Of a stretch of 64,000 nucleotides of DNA, positions 15,001 to 26,945 are shown one piece after another (within the stretch, counting starts at the first letter, position 1; each line of letters begins with the position of its first letter). Origin of the DNA: Bilabrum cf. latius (taxonomy: Eukaryota). Both the position numbers and the translations under genes were made by a program. The notes beneath the pieces were generated by a model. The model was not told the origin of the DNA and made no database searches. It saw nothing but the letters and a program-made list of their open reading frames with translations. Location of the stretch: NCBI GenBank assembly GCA_965178125.1, contig OZ237763.1, positions 434,001-498,000 of the forward strand, read 5' to 3'.

Positions 15001-16599
15001 CTGGACAAGTTCCAGAGCCACGGCGCGAGGCAGTCGCGAGCGCAGAACTGGGGCCAGCTGGAGCGTGAGCTGCTCGAGAACCGCCTGGGCATCTCGAGCC
15101 ACGCGGACGACATGAGGGAAAAGGCGCAGCAAGCACTCAGGAGCGCCCGCGGGGGTGCGGCTGCAGGCGCCGCGGCGGCTGCAAGTTCCGCTGCCCTGGG
15201 AGAGAGTGTGACGAGGGCGATGCGAGACTATAACCTGATCGAGGCCGCCTTCCTCGTGTTCCCCATCCTGCTGTCCCTGGCCGGTCTCATGTTCATGTCC
15301 CAGAGGCTGCAGCTGGACTGGTACAAGACGGAGCGGGATGTGCTGGGCTGGATCGTGGTGATCCTGATCTTCAGCTCGTTCTTGTTCTTCCTGGTTGTTT
15401 TCTCGTACGATATTTACAGGCAGGCGGGCTGCGGCCGATCAGCGCAGCTCCGGGCACAGCTGGAAGCCAGCCTGGATGGAGGCAAGGGCAAGCGCTCGGC
15501 CGGCAACAAGGGCAAGGGTGGCAAGGGCTCGAGCAGGGCGGTGAGTGACTTGGCCCCGGAGGAGATGGTGGTGACTGACTTGGAGCAGAACCCGATGCTC
15601 AACGCAAGTCTTCAGAAGCAGCAGGACGAGGCTAGCGAGCTGCATGGCTCTGAGCAGGGTGTTGCTGCTCTGGCTGCCGTGCTGGGCAGGAAGCCTTCCG
15701 AGGACCCGAGGGCTGACTTGGAGGCGCTGCAGGCCATCTCTGAAAAGCTGCTGGCTGGCGACGAGGAGGAGGCGTCGGGAGGCGGCGGGAAGGCTGACCC
15801 CGTGAAGACCCTGCAGATCGTAGCGGCGCAGCAGGTGCTCCTGCAGCAGCTAAATGCAGTCAGCAGGCGAGAAGAGCTCAAGGCGGCACAGCAGGCGGAG
15901 CTTGCCAGCAGCGCAGCTGGAGGTTCCCTTCTCCTGGCTGGCAAGAAGGACCGGTCGCCCAGGCGAGGCCGCATGGGAACGCGGGTCGGAACGGGCGGCA
16001 AGCGGGTCCGCAGCACTAGCGGGAGGTCTGTCGGGCGCAAGGCCGCCCGGGGCGAATCGGAGGATCACGCGCGCAGTGTTGCCAAGCAGGTTGCAGCCAA
16101 GAATCACCGCAGGAAGATGCAGTTTGGAAGATCGATGGCGGCGGCAGATGAGAGCGGAGACGCCGGTGCGCTGCTAGGGAACTCGGGCAGCAGGCGAGGG
16201 GGATAGCTGGGGGTGCTGACGGGGCCGGGTGAAGGCTCGGGCGAGGACGGCACCAGTACGATAAGTCCTTTGCAGCAGGCAAGGCAGGGTGGCAAGCGGT
16301 TCGGTGGTTTCCGCGGGGTGGGTCGTGGCCGTGGTCGTGGGAAGGGTGGTTCCGGCGTGTCGATGCGAGACCTTCGCAGCATGGCGAGCGGAGGCGCGCG
16401 CTCTCGCCGGGAGCAGATGAGGGCAGCAGCGGCGGCCGCCGCCTCTGCTGCAGCAGGACGAGAAGCAGACGGTGAATCCTCGCCGGTTGAAGGGGCCGAG
16501 GAGAAATATGACACGCCGTCTGCTTCCGCTCCTGGGAGAGACGAGGATGGGGGCAGCACCGGTGAGGCAACCGCGGCGGGCGGGACCGAGACCGTTTGA
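1..16599 (+). CDS. Giant cell-surface protein, 5'-partial, ~5,350 aa in window: EGF-like, C-type lectin, Cys-rich GCC2/GCC3-like repeats, many cadherin repeats, IPT/TIG repeats and a C-terminal 9-TM module (nonagonal-cadherin-like)
   Basis: Predicted exons <1-296, 559-634, 816-944, 1050-16599 with GT..AG introns that keep frame. ORF-track pieces starting at 1081, 3298, 3598, 7831, 8239, 8518, 9655, 12679, 13603 and 16213 are all in frame 1 and separated only by TAG (3226, 3490, 7714, 7774, 8188, 8506, 9649, 12670, 13600, 16204); first TGA at 16597. Motifs: cadherin DVNDPP/LDYE/ATDDG, CTL WDDSQC...YVCE, IPT GG...G.NLG; nine hydrophobic segments after 13960. Confidence 0.9.
518..548 (+). repeat. 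(CCAGAC)n hexamer microsatellite in intron 1 of the giant gene
   Basis: About 5 tandem CCAGAC/CCAGTC units just before the tttgcag acceptor at 558. Confidence 0.85.
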
Positions 16600-17513
16600 G
16601 CGCTGCCAGTGAGTTCGAGGGCAAAAAGGAGAGGAGGGTTGGGGGACAATGGCTGTGCGGAGGATTCGAATTCGTGCGACAAGCCCGATCGGAAGGCTTG
16701 TTTTGTTTATTACTGCTCGCTGAGGGGCGCGCTGGTACTCGGGTAGACCAAGTCGACCTGATGCCTGCGGCAGCGCTCGGAATGATGCGGAGTGTGGCGG
16801 TGAGATTGCCGGAGGTGATGCTTCTCTGCTTCTTTTCTTGGAAACAGTCGCAGAGCATCGCCGCTTCAATGGCTGGATGACAGCTAGTGGACCGGTGGTG
16901 TTACCGCTTTTGATGTGGTTTGCTATGGGTGTCGTTGCGCTGCCGCTCCGCCTGGTGGCGCTTGCGGCGGGTCTGCATCGGTACAACACATTTTTACACT
17001 CACATTATCCTAGGACCACTTCCACAATGCGACCCCCCAATTCGGTGGTAGGAACCCTGCCAGTGTCAGTGGTCGCGTTGCGGCATGCCTGCTGTTGGCA
17101 GTTCGCGTCGGAGCTTTCGATACCTGGGTTACCACTTGCACATGCGTTGGCCCAGCCAGGCGGGGCCCATCGGCACAGCACGTTTGAACGCCCTCACTAT
17201 GCGACCAGCCACGCATGCCCACACTTTTGCGATTCAGCCACGCCGAAACTCCCACGCCCACGCCTGCCAGTGTTACGTGTCGTTCCATTAATACGTAGCG
17301 GCATCCCAAGTTTCCTGCTGGTTCAACAACACAAGACTCGGACCAGCTTGCGCCCACTTGCCCGCGTGCTATTGTATTTTTCTACCGAAAGGCAAAATGT
17401 GAGTGGCAACGCGCTGCTGCCTTCTCGCTTGCTCATCTTGCATTACACCGACGCTGCGACGTCGCGGAACACGACGACCCTTGTCCACGAAGGGACCAAC
17501 AAGGCGCGAGAAA

Positions 17514-19487
17514 TGGATACTATTATGCTCTCCGATATTACTATACTATTGTTTGCTAATATTGAGAGTACAAACGGTGGCAAGCATGTTTCCGTTCGCA
17601 TTTGCAGGGCTGCTGCAGGCAAAGCAGCCGCAACTGGCGGCGTGTCCCCGGGCAAGCAACTCTTCAAGGCCTCCCGTATAGGAGACGTCAGTACAGTTAC
17701 TAAGATACTGGACTCCAAAGACGCTTCTGCTGCAATGGATGCGGCATGGGGTCCAACTGCGGACCTTATGGACTTCGATTCCCTCCCCGATCAGCAGGAC
17801 TGCCCGCACAAAGACTGGGGTCTGTGGTCATCGATCACCAAGAGGGACGCGCATAAGGGTCCAAGTGGTGCTAAAGGCGATGATGGCCCGGAGAATCCCG
17901 CCGAAAGGGAGGAATATTGGAACTCGAGCGAACTACAGGTGAGCCTCGGCTTTGCCAGAAGCCGGTTCAGCTCTTCCGTGAACGGTAGGTGACTTCAACT
18001 GATGACCGATGCATATAGCTATATTTGCATTTTTATGGCCCGCAGATTGCAAGCCCTTTGCACATCGCCGCCCGATACGGGCATGCAAATGTGATCACGG
18101 CCTTGCTGAAAGCAGGATACGACGCCAATCAGCAATCGAAGGAGGAGGTAAGCGGCAGCAATATATGTGTGTAGCAACTAACGATTGAGATATGAAGTCC
18201 GAACACTTTGCTCTTTACCTAATTCATCTCGCAGATGGCATGCCTCACGCCGATCGAGATTGCGGTTCGGAACAAGCACACAGAGGCCAGCATCGCTTTG
18301 CTCAAAGCAGGGGCGTCTCCAAAAGCAAAATATGTCGTGAGTCGCCCCTGTGCTTACTTATGAATCAGTTTGGCTACGTTACGAGCAAGAAAAAACCAGA
18401 CGCGCTGGGCTCCGGGCGAGATGCTGCGATCAGCACTACGAGATTGATACCAGCAAAAGTACAATTGATTGAATCGCCCCACGCGATGTTCATTGCAGAA
18501 CGGGTCCACTATGGTGCTCCTATGGGCAGCAGCAAATGGCATGGTGGAAGTGCTCACGGCCTGCGTTGAAGCCGGCTGGAAGCTGAGTGCCGTAAACCAT
18601 GTAAGTCACTTGAAGGATGTCACGGGCATGGCACCACGATAATTAATGCGCAGCTCTTCTTACTCGTATGTTCCCTGCGCCAGATTGTTGTCTTGAATCG
18701 CAGGATGGCTTCAGCGCCCTACAGGGGGCAGCGAGATTTGGCTAGCCAGACGCGCTTGTATGGCTGATAAATAACGGTGCTAGGTTCCAGGTGTCGTCCG
18801 AATCTCAGTTTCCTGTGAGAACTGGTCGAATTTGTGCAGCTTGAACCCGGACGGTAGTCCCAGCTCCGTGTAGAAAGGCACGCATCATGTTGGAGCACCT
18901 GCTCTGTTCCGATCCTGCCGCAGCCCGGAGCCTTGATGGCGCTAGCAGCTATGAATGACTACACTGTCTCCCTGGCTATCCTTGTCAAGGCAGCTGGCCA
19001 AGCTACGAAAATTGAGGACGAAGAGGACGAGGCATTTGACGAAGTCGGTGAGGACGGCTCGGATCATGAGGAACAAGAGGACGAAGATGACGAGGACGAC
19101 GAGGAGGATGATGATGACGATGACGAGGACGAGGACGAGGAGGATGACGATGATGAGGAGGACGAAGATGACGACAAAGTAAGCGATCTGCAATCATCAG
19201 CGGCAGAATACACTTCCCCTATTAGTCTGCCAGCAACTATGCATGACCCACTGATACGCATCCATGAAGTGCTTCATCACTCGCAGTACGATCCCCTCAG
19301 CAACGCAGCCGAGAGAATCGTGGATCAAGCCGGGAAGAAGGGCTTCGAGAAGAACGCCGGTACACGGGCCATACGCGACTTCCCCAGCTGCGACCACCAG
19401 GACGAGTGCCTGAAGGCGATCATCGCCCACGCCGAGCCAGAGGAGAGGGCTGCCATCGAGGCGGCCCTGGAGAAGCTCAAGGTGTGA
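17514..19487 (+). CDS. Multi-exon ankyrin-repeat protein with a long Asp/Glu tract (start uncertain)
   Basis: Successive exons give SPLHIAARYGHANVITALLKAG (~18045), LTPIEIAVRNKH (~18235), LLWAAANGMVEV (~18499) and FSALQGAARFG*PDALVWLINNGA (~18703; TAG at 18743). GTRAG donors and YAG acceptors flank them. Acidic tract ~19013-19175; TGA at 19485. Confidence 0.75.
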
Positions 19488-19695
19488 AAGATACGAGCTG
19501 GGTGATTGATGGCGAGTAGCAGCTGACGTTCGGCAACCTGTGGGTCGAGCGCGCGCATGGCGTGGGTGATACGAGCCCGATGCGCGGCATTCGCTGTTTC
19601 ATCTGGTGCGGTGCCTTGATGCCCTCAGCCGATCTAGTCTCGATGGGTCCGTTGGCTATTCTCTGCCGAGAAGCGTTTCGACTACAATCCTACTC

Positions 19696-20512
19696 TTATA
19701 CATCCTTGTGGGTCACTGCCCACGGATTTACCGTGGACTTGACGGCCTCCCGCGTCGAGTGCTGCCACTGCACGCGCATCCCCTCCTGCTGATTCACAGC
19801 GCCAGAGGCACGACAGCGCTCGGCTGCTGCCTAGATCCCCTTCACAAAGCTGTGCATCCTCTGCTCCTGAGCCTACCAGCCGAGCACACTCACCGACTTC
19901 TTCATGTAGCGATTGGCAAGTCCTAGCTGCAAGGGCTTGAGGAGGTAGTCCGTTGATGCAGAAGCGATACTAGGAGTTAACACGACTCATGGTTGCGCAG
20001 TGTCTCTTTCTTCTCACACTGTGCCCAAAACCGCCGATCCCGGTGTCGTGCGAGAAGACGATAGACTATACAAGCTCCTTGCCGCAGGATTTCCCGTAGG
20101 CTGGGCTAAACTTGAAGACGTGACTGGGAGTTGCATCGCTGCTTCTGTTTTGCCTCAATGCGACCGACCTCGTTCAAGCGTAGGCATTGCACGCTGGCAG
20201 AGCGACACAAAGCACAGCAAACAGAATCGCAATATGCACCGCCTTGATTCGCTGCAATTCTGCTCTGACTCTACAGATTTTCGCGGATGCCGGCAGAATC
20301 GAACGCAACTTTCGACGACTTGCACTTTGTCCACGTGGACGGCTGCCGGGCATGCAAGCACACTGGTTGAAAGCAGGATACAGGAACGCCGGCATTGCCC
20401 CGGTTTCGCAAGGGGGCGCACGCCCAGCCGGCGATGCAAACTGAGATCCAACATTTAGAAGGCGGATCATCGAGGCGGCGCGCAGATCGATTGGACAAAC
20501 TCTGTGCAGCAT
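19696..20512 (-). CDS. Possible small multi-exon hypothetical protein
   Basis: Minus strand after a ttgcag acceptor (~19927) reads LGLANRYMKKSVSVLGW*AQEQRMHSFVKGI*AAAERC...THKDV-TAA, open if TAG=Gln. Upstream exons not resolved; no family recognised. Confidence 0.3.
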
Positions 20513-20678
20513 GTCGGCGCCAAATCACTCCTTCAGGTAAACAAGAGCGTCAGTGGCGTGGTTCGCTGATAGCGCATAGGCTTCCGCCTCTCTTCTGGCA
20601 TCGCACGCGGAGGCCGCATGCTGATACCGCAAACTGCATCACCAACATCGATTAGTTACAAAGGCACGCAAACAGAAT

Positions 20679-21201
20679 TCACATTCCTCCACCATCTCCC
20701 GCCGCGCGAAGACGGTCCACCTCCATTCTCAATCTCTCGGCCTCGCCCTTCAACCTAGCATTCTCCTCCCGCAACTGGTCGTTCTCGGCTCGCAGCTGAG
20801 CTGCATCGTCGCCGGCCGTCTCCCCCATGAACTTCCGGACATAGTCAACTGCATTGACTGGGCGCTCGGGCTCCTCATAAAGGCCTACCAAAACTGCGAA
20901 ACATGGGATGCTGACGAGACTATGGACCATCATCGGGGTTCGATAGTGACAGCCGTGTGCTGAATAGAGCTTGTCCCACCTTTCGTCAAAGCATCCACAG
21001 TCCCTGACTTTTCCAAATACTTCCTAAACTCTTCCTTTTTCTCATCGGGGGTCTGCGTTCCGGTTGACAGAGAGCGTGAACGCACGAGGCCGAATACCAC
21101 CCGCACAAGCTTAGCTCGCGGCTAGCTAAAGTAGTCAAAGGGGGCGCTTGATGCAAGTAAATACATAGTTTGAAACTTACACGATACGCTCGGGCAGCCA
21201 T
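20679..21201 (-). CDS. MYCBP: c-Myc-binding protein (AMY-1) homolog, 3 exons
   Basis: Exons 21201-21181, 21052-20980, 20893-20679 (GT..AG introns) give MAARAYRTPDEKKEEFRKYLEKSGTVDALTKVLVGLYEEPERPVNAVDYVRKFMG plus a coiled coil, matching the MYCBP signature; TGA stop. Confidence 0.9.
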
Positions 21202-21585
21202 TTGTGAATATTAATGAGTGGGGCGGGAGCTTGTTTCCGTTGCAGTTGACGGAACCTCGCTGCAACGATTTTGCGCGGCGATTGTGGTGAGCTGCAGTGC
21301 ATTGCAACCGTGGATGGCGCCTCTTGATTTCGTATATTCGGTCCTTGCGCTGTCTTGAATCCTTATCTACACGTTTTTCGAAACCAGATAGCATATTTAG
21401 GCTGCATTTTCTCTTAGGGTCGGGTATTTAAGCCTGATACTGTCTATCCTTGACGGTTCGGTCGGTCGCGACGTATCGCAGCGCACTACATCAAGCTGAA
21501 TACCAGCCTTTGGTAGAGTTGGAGCGATTTTTGAGTCCGTGACCTGCTTTGTGTTGATCTATAAATTCGCTGAAGCCGCTGGAAT

Positions 21586-24500
21586 ATGTCCGGTCAACGA
21601 AATTACCGAGAGAGTTCCGGAGACCACCGGTCAGGAGAACGCCAAGCGGATGGCCACACCGGCACCGAGGCGCAGTCCATTCCGATGCCTGGAAGTTCGC
21701 GAGGCACTGCATTACATCCAGCATAGGCACGCAGGACAATGAGCCATTCTGTTGCCCAATCGTAGCGCGGACAGTACGTTGGTCGCCACGGCCAAGCAGA
21801 CCGGTCAATCGTGTCTCGCACCGACAGCGTCCCCGTGCACATTCCCGGTGGCGCACCGAGGCAGGCAAGCGGTGGAATAGGAGCGAATGGCAGCATGCTA
21901 TCCGTCCCTTCGGCGCGAGTGGGCGCATCCGGCCGGGAATCGGCAGTCCGCGGAGGCAGCGGCGTGCGCGTGCAGTCGGGTAGCTTCGCGGGCGGCGGCG
22001 GCTCTAGATTCGTGGTAGGAACGATGCCGTCTGGGGTTGGAATGGGGAGCTCCGCCGCCGGTATACGAAGAACAAGGGGGATCAGGCCGCAGGGGCATGG
22101 GCATGGTGCGCCCAGCTCCGGGCACGGTGGAGGCATCAGCTTTGGGAGGCCAGTGCAGCACGGCTTCCCGCCCCCTTCCCCACCCGATGGGACCATCGGG
22201 AGCGGCGGTCGCCCAGACGAACCAGGCCGCACGGCAGCCGCACTGGTGGCTAGCCGGGAGCTTGGCAACGGAAGGGAGGCCGAGGGTGGCGTGCATGGGG
22301 GCAGCGGTGGCAGCCAAACACCGCAACGATTCGGGAGCGGATACGGCTACGGAACCGGCGCCGCGCATGGCGAGATGCCGGTTGGTACCTACGGCTCCCC
22401 GGATCAGCAAGAGGGTGACGAGCAGGATGGCTACTACGGCAGCTTTGGGGCGCCGGGGGGAGCCCTCGGTGGGGAGGGCGAGATGCCGCTCGTGGGGTCG
22501 CTCCCCAGCGTAGGGATCGGATTCGGGGGAGGCATGGCGGGAAGCCTCCCATCAGCTGGCCTGGTTGGGCGGCTGGGCGGCGGCACGAAAGGCTCGGCAC
22601 GCGCGCCACCGCCCCGGGTGTAGATCGAGAGAAGGAGGGGCCCACTGCTCGTTTGCTGCCTCGACCTTCCGCCCGATGAAGAGCCTGTGGATCTGCCCGT
22701 TCCGCCCGCCTCGAGGGTGGCGCTCGTCTCCTCGCCGGGTAGTGAGGACGGCGGCATTTCACAGAGCATGCAGCTCAAACGGCAGGCGGCGCTCGAGCAA
22801 TCCAGAACCGAGTCCGCAGAGGCGGATCTGAACTCGAGGCGGATTGGTGGGCGATGGCGCCGATGCGCGGTCGAGCTCAGCCACAGCAGCTTCAGGGTCT
22901 ATGACTGGGCGGGGATGGGCCCCGGCGCTCTGCTGATGGAGGTCCCCAGGCAGGATCTCTCCAGCCTCACCACGGGCATGAAGGACAGCAGGCTGCTGGT
23001 CGCACTCAAGATGATCCAGGGCGAGCCGGGCATGGACCCATTCAGGAGCCGTGGTGCCAACAGGACGAGGTCTCTCGGTGGAGCGACGGCCGGCTCCTCC
23101 GGGGACGATGACTCGAGCGACATCGGGCTGAAGGGATTCTCCGTGCGCTGCAAGGGGCTGCAGCTAGGGTTCGCGACGGGCGACCCCGAGTCCAGGGTCA
23201 GCTGGGTGTTCGCAGTGCAGAAGGTTCTGGCAACGAACCTTCACGAACAATACGAGGAGGGCAAGCAGACGGCTGCCGATCGCAGGAGAACTCTGCGCCA
23301 GCACCGCCACCATCATCACCACCACCACCACCATGGCTGGCAGCACTTGCAGGTGGAGGGGGCTGGCGATCTGCCAGCAGGCGCGTACAGCCGCAGGCAC
23401 AGCTCAAAGGACAGAATCGAGTACCAGTAGGTGGCCACGGCCCTGCGTCCCCCTTCTCCGGCAGTGGCAGACATGCCCGGCCCGTACGGTCGCATTCGGT
23501 CGAACAGCTCCTTCGGTCTCGAGGCAGAGGCTGGATTCGGTCATCTGGGTCAGGGCAGGAGTTCACGAGACCAGGGTTCGGTTGGGAGTGGAGGCAGCAC
23601 GAGCCCCAGTGGTGGGGGTCCGGAGGGGCAGGCAAGAAGCAGCCGGGGCTCGGCCGGAGGCTCGGGGAGGAAGGGTGGCATCAAGCTGTCGAGGTCGAGC
23701 AACCGGAAGAAGAAGAGCGGTTTGTCTGCTTCTTCCATCGCCAAGAAGCTAGTTTCGGGGTAGGGCTCGTCAGCCAACGCAGCCAGCCCCGGCCCCGGCC
23801 TCCCGCTGTCCGGCAAAGGGCGCACCGATGCATCGCAACGCGAAGGTGAGGTGGGTACTGACCGGGTCGCAATCCCCGCAGAACCCACAGCATCGGCCAC
23901 AACAGAGCCATCAATTGGAAGCGCGACCACGGGGTCGAAAGCACCTCCCGAGTCTAGCCGAACAGCCAGCGCTCCGTACAAGCCCCCGAGCAGAGCGCAC
24001 ACCGCGTACAAGCCGCCGTCCTCGGCTGACAAGGCAAAGAGTACTGGCGGGGCGTACAAACCGCCGTCGAAAGGCGGGTCGTACAAGCCCCCCAAGTCGG
24101 GTGGCTACAAGCCACCCACCTCTTCGAGACCAAGGCGGCCGTTCAGCACGCCTGCGGTGGATCCAGACACGATTCACGACTGGTTTACGGACGGTGACGA
24201 GCGGGACGACGAATTGGACAGCAAGGATGGATTCACTGAGATCGACTCGGTGGCGCGGGGATCCGCGAGCTCAGTGGCGGCCTCGGGATCGGGGTCGGCC
24301 GCTGCCGTGGACTCGGATGGTGACAGGTCGAGCGTGTCTTCGTCCGGCAGCGGCTTTGCGACACCCCGCGCATCGGCTCCCACAACACCCTCGCACGGCG
24401 GACGGGTCCCCGACACTGCGTCACCGGCGAGATCCCGAAGCGGTGCCGCGTCGGAGTCGAAGTCAGCGGGCCACTCCGTGGACGAACACTTTCACGCCAG

Positions 24501-26754
24501 TGGCAGACTATCGCGGGAATAGCGCGCCAAGCAGAGGACAAAGCTGAGGCAGGATCGGGCCGACAAACGCGAGATGAACAGGAATCTCACGGAGGGGGAG
24601 GTGCTAGCCATCAAGGGAGGAGGCGAAGGCGGAGATGCTGCGGGGGCCTGGTCGAGCGTGGGTCCCAAGTCCAGGCAAGAGGACAGACTTCTCATTCTGT
24701 CCAGCTGGGATTCAATCGTCAAAAACGCGAAGGAGGCCCCCGTGCCAGAGGTGTCCAAAGACATGGTCGGGACCACGGAATTTTGGGCGCACAGCAGCGA
24801 GGCCGAGCAAGCAGAGTGGGGACCCAGCGGGCCGGTGTCTCCCCTCCCGGCAGCAGGCGCAGAGCTCTCTGTATCCTCTGGAGCAGCGGTTCGTGCACCG
24901 CCATCGTCAGAAGCATTGCCCTCTGTGTCGCTGTTCGGCGTGTTTGACGGCCACGGTGGCACTGCCACGAGCGAGTACCTGAAGGATCGCATGGCGGCTG
25001 CACTGCTGGGCTCTTCTCCTCTCGCGCCTCAGGCAGAACAGGTTAGGGCGGCTCTGGAGTCTAGCGTCGCGTCTGCTGCCCTCCTCCGTCGGTTCGCGTC
25101 AAGGCCCGCAGCAAGCCTTCGGAATGCCATGCGGCTGATCGACGCAGAATACGAGGCGGAGCAGAGGAGGCTGGAGGCAGCGGGGGAGAAGTAGAAGGCA
25201 AGGAAGTTTCTGTACGCTGGCTCAACCGCGGTCTGCGTGGCAATCGTGGACGAGCCCGCTGCAGAGGGTTGGGCGGCGCCGCATGGTTCCGCTGTCACAG
25301 CGCCTCTCAAGCGGTCGGTGTACGTGGCCAACGTTGGTGACTGCAGGGCTGTGCTGGTCTCCAGCCGTAGGCCGGGAGCTTCCACCGTCTCGGCGGCTGC
25401 AGACCCAGAGGATGCAAGCGGGGGCTCGCAGCGTGCAGACGGGGGCGAAGGGCGATCACTTGGGCCTGGGTCTCGCGCGCACTTCGCCTCGTGCGTGCAG
25501 GCGCAGCAGGTGTCTATCGAGCACACGCCCGATGACCCCATCGAGTCAAAGCGGATCAGCGACGCCAACGGCTGGATCAAGAACAACATGGAGGTGCTCC
25601 GGCCTCGGGTGAAGGACGACATTGGCTACGATGCCTTCGTCCGCGATTGGGTTGCGAGAATTGACAGGCTGATCGGGCTCGACACGGACGAGGGGTCATC
25701 CGGGGGTTCGAGCGATGGCATGGCGCACGGCGGTCTCAGGAGACAGGCCAGCGTGAGCGGCATCCTCACTCGCAAGCTGCCCGGCATGGAGATTCCCACC
25801 GTGTGCGGTGACGTGGGCTGCGCCCGCTCCATCGGCAACCTCGACTACAAGCTCCCGAGGGCCAGAAAGTACCCGTTTGCGTTTCCTAAGGCACACAGCC
25901 GCGAGCTGTACGGCGATTTGGTCACTGCCAACGCCGACGTGACTCGGGTTGATCTTCCCCTTGACCCATCCAGGGAACAGTGCGGGCTCATGCCCCGGCT
26001 GCCGCCCGTGATCGGCCCTGACGGCGAGAAGGTGGCGACCGGGATCGAATGCACGCCTCCTGTAGGCGCTTGGGACGCGACTCCCGCGCGCGGCGGGGTT
26101 GTGGGTGCCACAGACTTGTCCAAGGGGGGGTCAGATGGCCAACGAGCGGAAGCAGCGGCCGCTGCCCCCGCTCCTGTTGGTGCGGGCTCTGGTGCTGGGT
26201 CTGAGTCCCGCCAGTCCCCCAGCGCTCACAGCAGGGCTGGGACGCTGGCGGCCGCAGGGTCGCCCCCCATGCCTGCCATGCACCGCATGGTCAGTCTGAC
26301 CGGCTCGCAATCGTCACACCAATAGGGTGCTGGGGATTCCGGTGCCGATGCTGGGTGCATGTGGCAGCCGGAATGCCTGGTGATCGCATGTGACGGCGTG
26401 TGGGACGTGCTAGGAAACAAAGACGCCGGCTGCGAGGCGCTGAGGGTGCTTCGAGGGCTGGACTACAGGGGCCGCTCACGGCCTCAGCGACGATCAAGGG
26501 AGGCAAAGAGGGTCTCGGCCGCTGGGAGGCCCGCGCGGGAGAGGCACGGGTTGAGCGCGATCGTCCCGGCATCGGAGCGGATGGGACTGGAACGGCCCGA
26601 GCACGAGGACAGGCGGGAGTGGGGCAGTGCCAGGAGCGCGGCTCGGCGGCTGGTTGAGCTGGCCTTTAAGATGGGCAGCCACGACAACGTGACTTGTGTC
26701 GTGGTGGACCTTCGGAGGCCACTGGGTGCCAGCGCTAGTGGTGGCAGTTCGTGA
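21586..26754 (+). CDS. PP2C/PPM-family Ser/Thr phosphatase with N-terminal low-complexity region and PH-like domain, ~1,722 aa
   Basis: One frame from ATG 21586 (in-frame TGA upstream at 21571) to TGA 26752 with 8 in-frame TAGs (21724, 21763, 22621, 23428, 23761, 24520, 25192, 26323). Ordered PP2C motifs RQED, FGVFDGHGG, AGSTA, VANVGDCRAVL, ARSIGN, IACDGVWD, GSHDNVTCVVVD span three TAG-separated pieces. Confidence 0.9.
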
Positions 26755-26945
26755 ATACGACTAATAAATAGGAATAAAGCAAGTAGGTGCAGCAAACCGG
26801 CACGAGATGACGGATGCATTGACTGGATCCATCCTTTTGTACTACATTGCAACAAAAACGAATGCTTTCTTCATGTCATCGTCACGGCTGGCATTGATCA
26901 TATTGAGTTGCCGGCTCCAATTTCCAGTGTTCGCGCAGTTCATCT

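Noticed and set aside
3274-16858. Many long antisense and alternate-frame ORFs over the GC-rich genes
   Set aside because: Shadow ORFs expected from high GC3 codon bias.
16838-17513. 5' part of the 384-aa ORF 16838-17992
   Set aside because: Lacks the codon bias of real genes here; only its 3' part belongs to the ankyrin gene.
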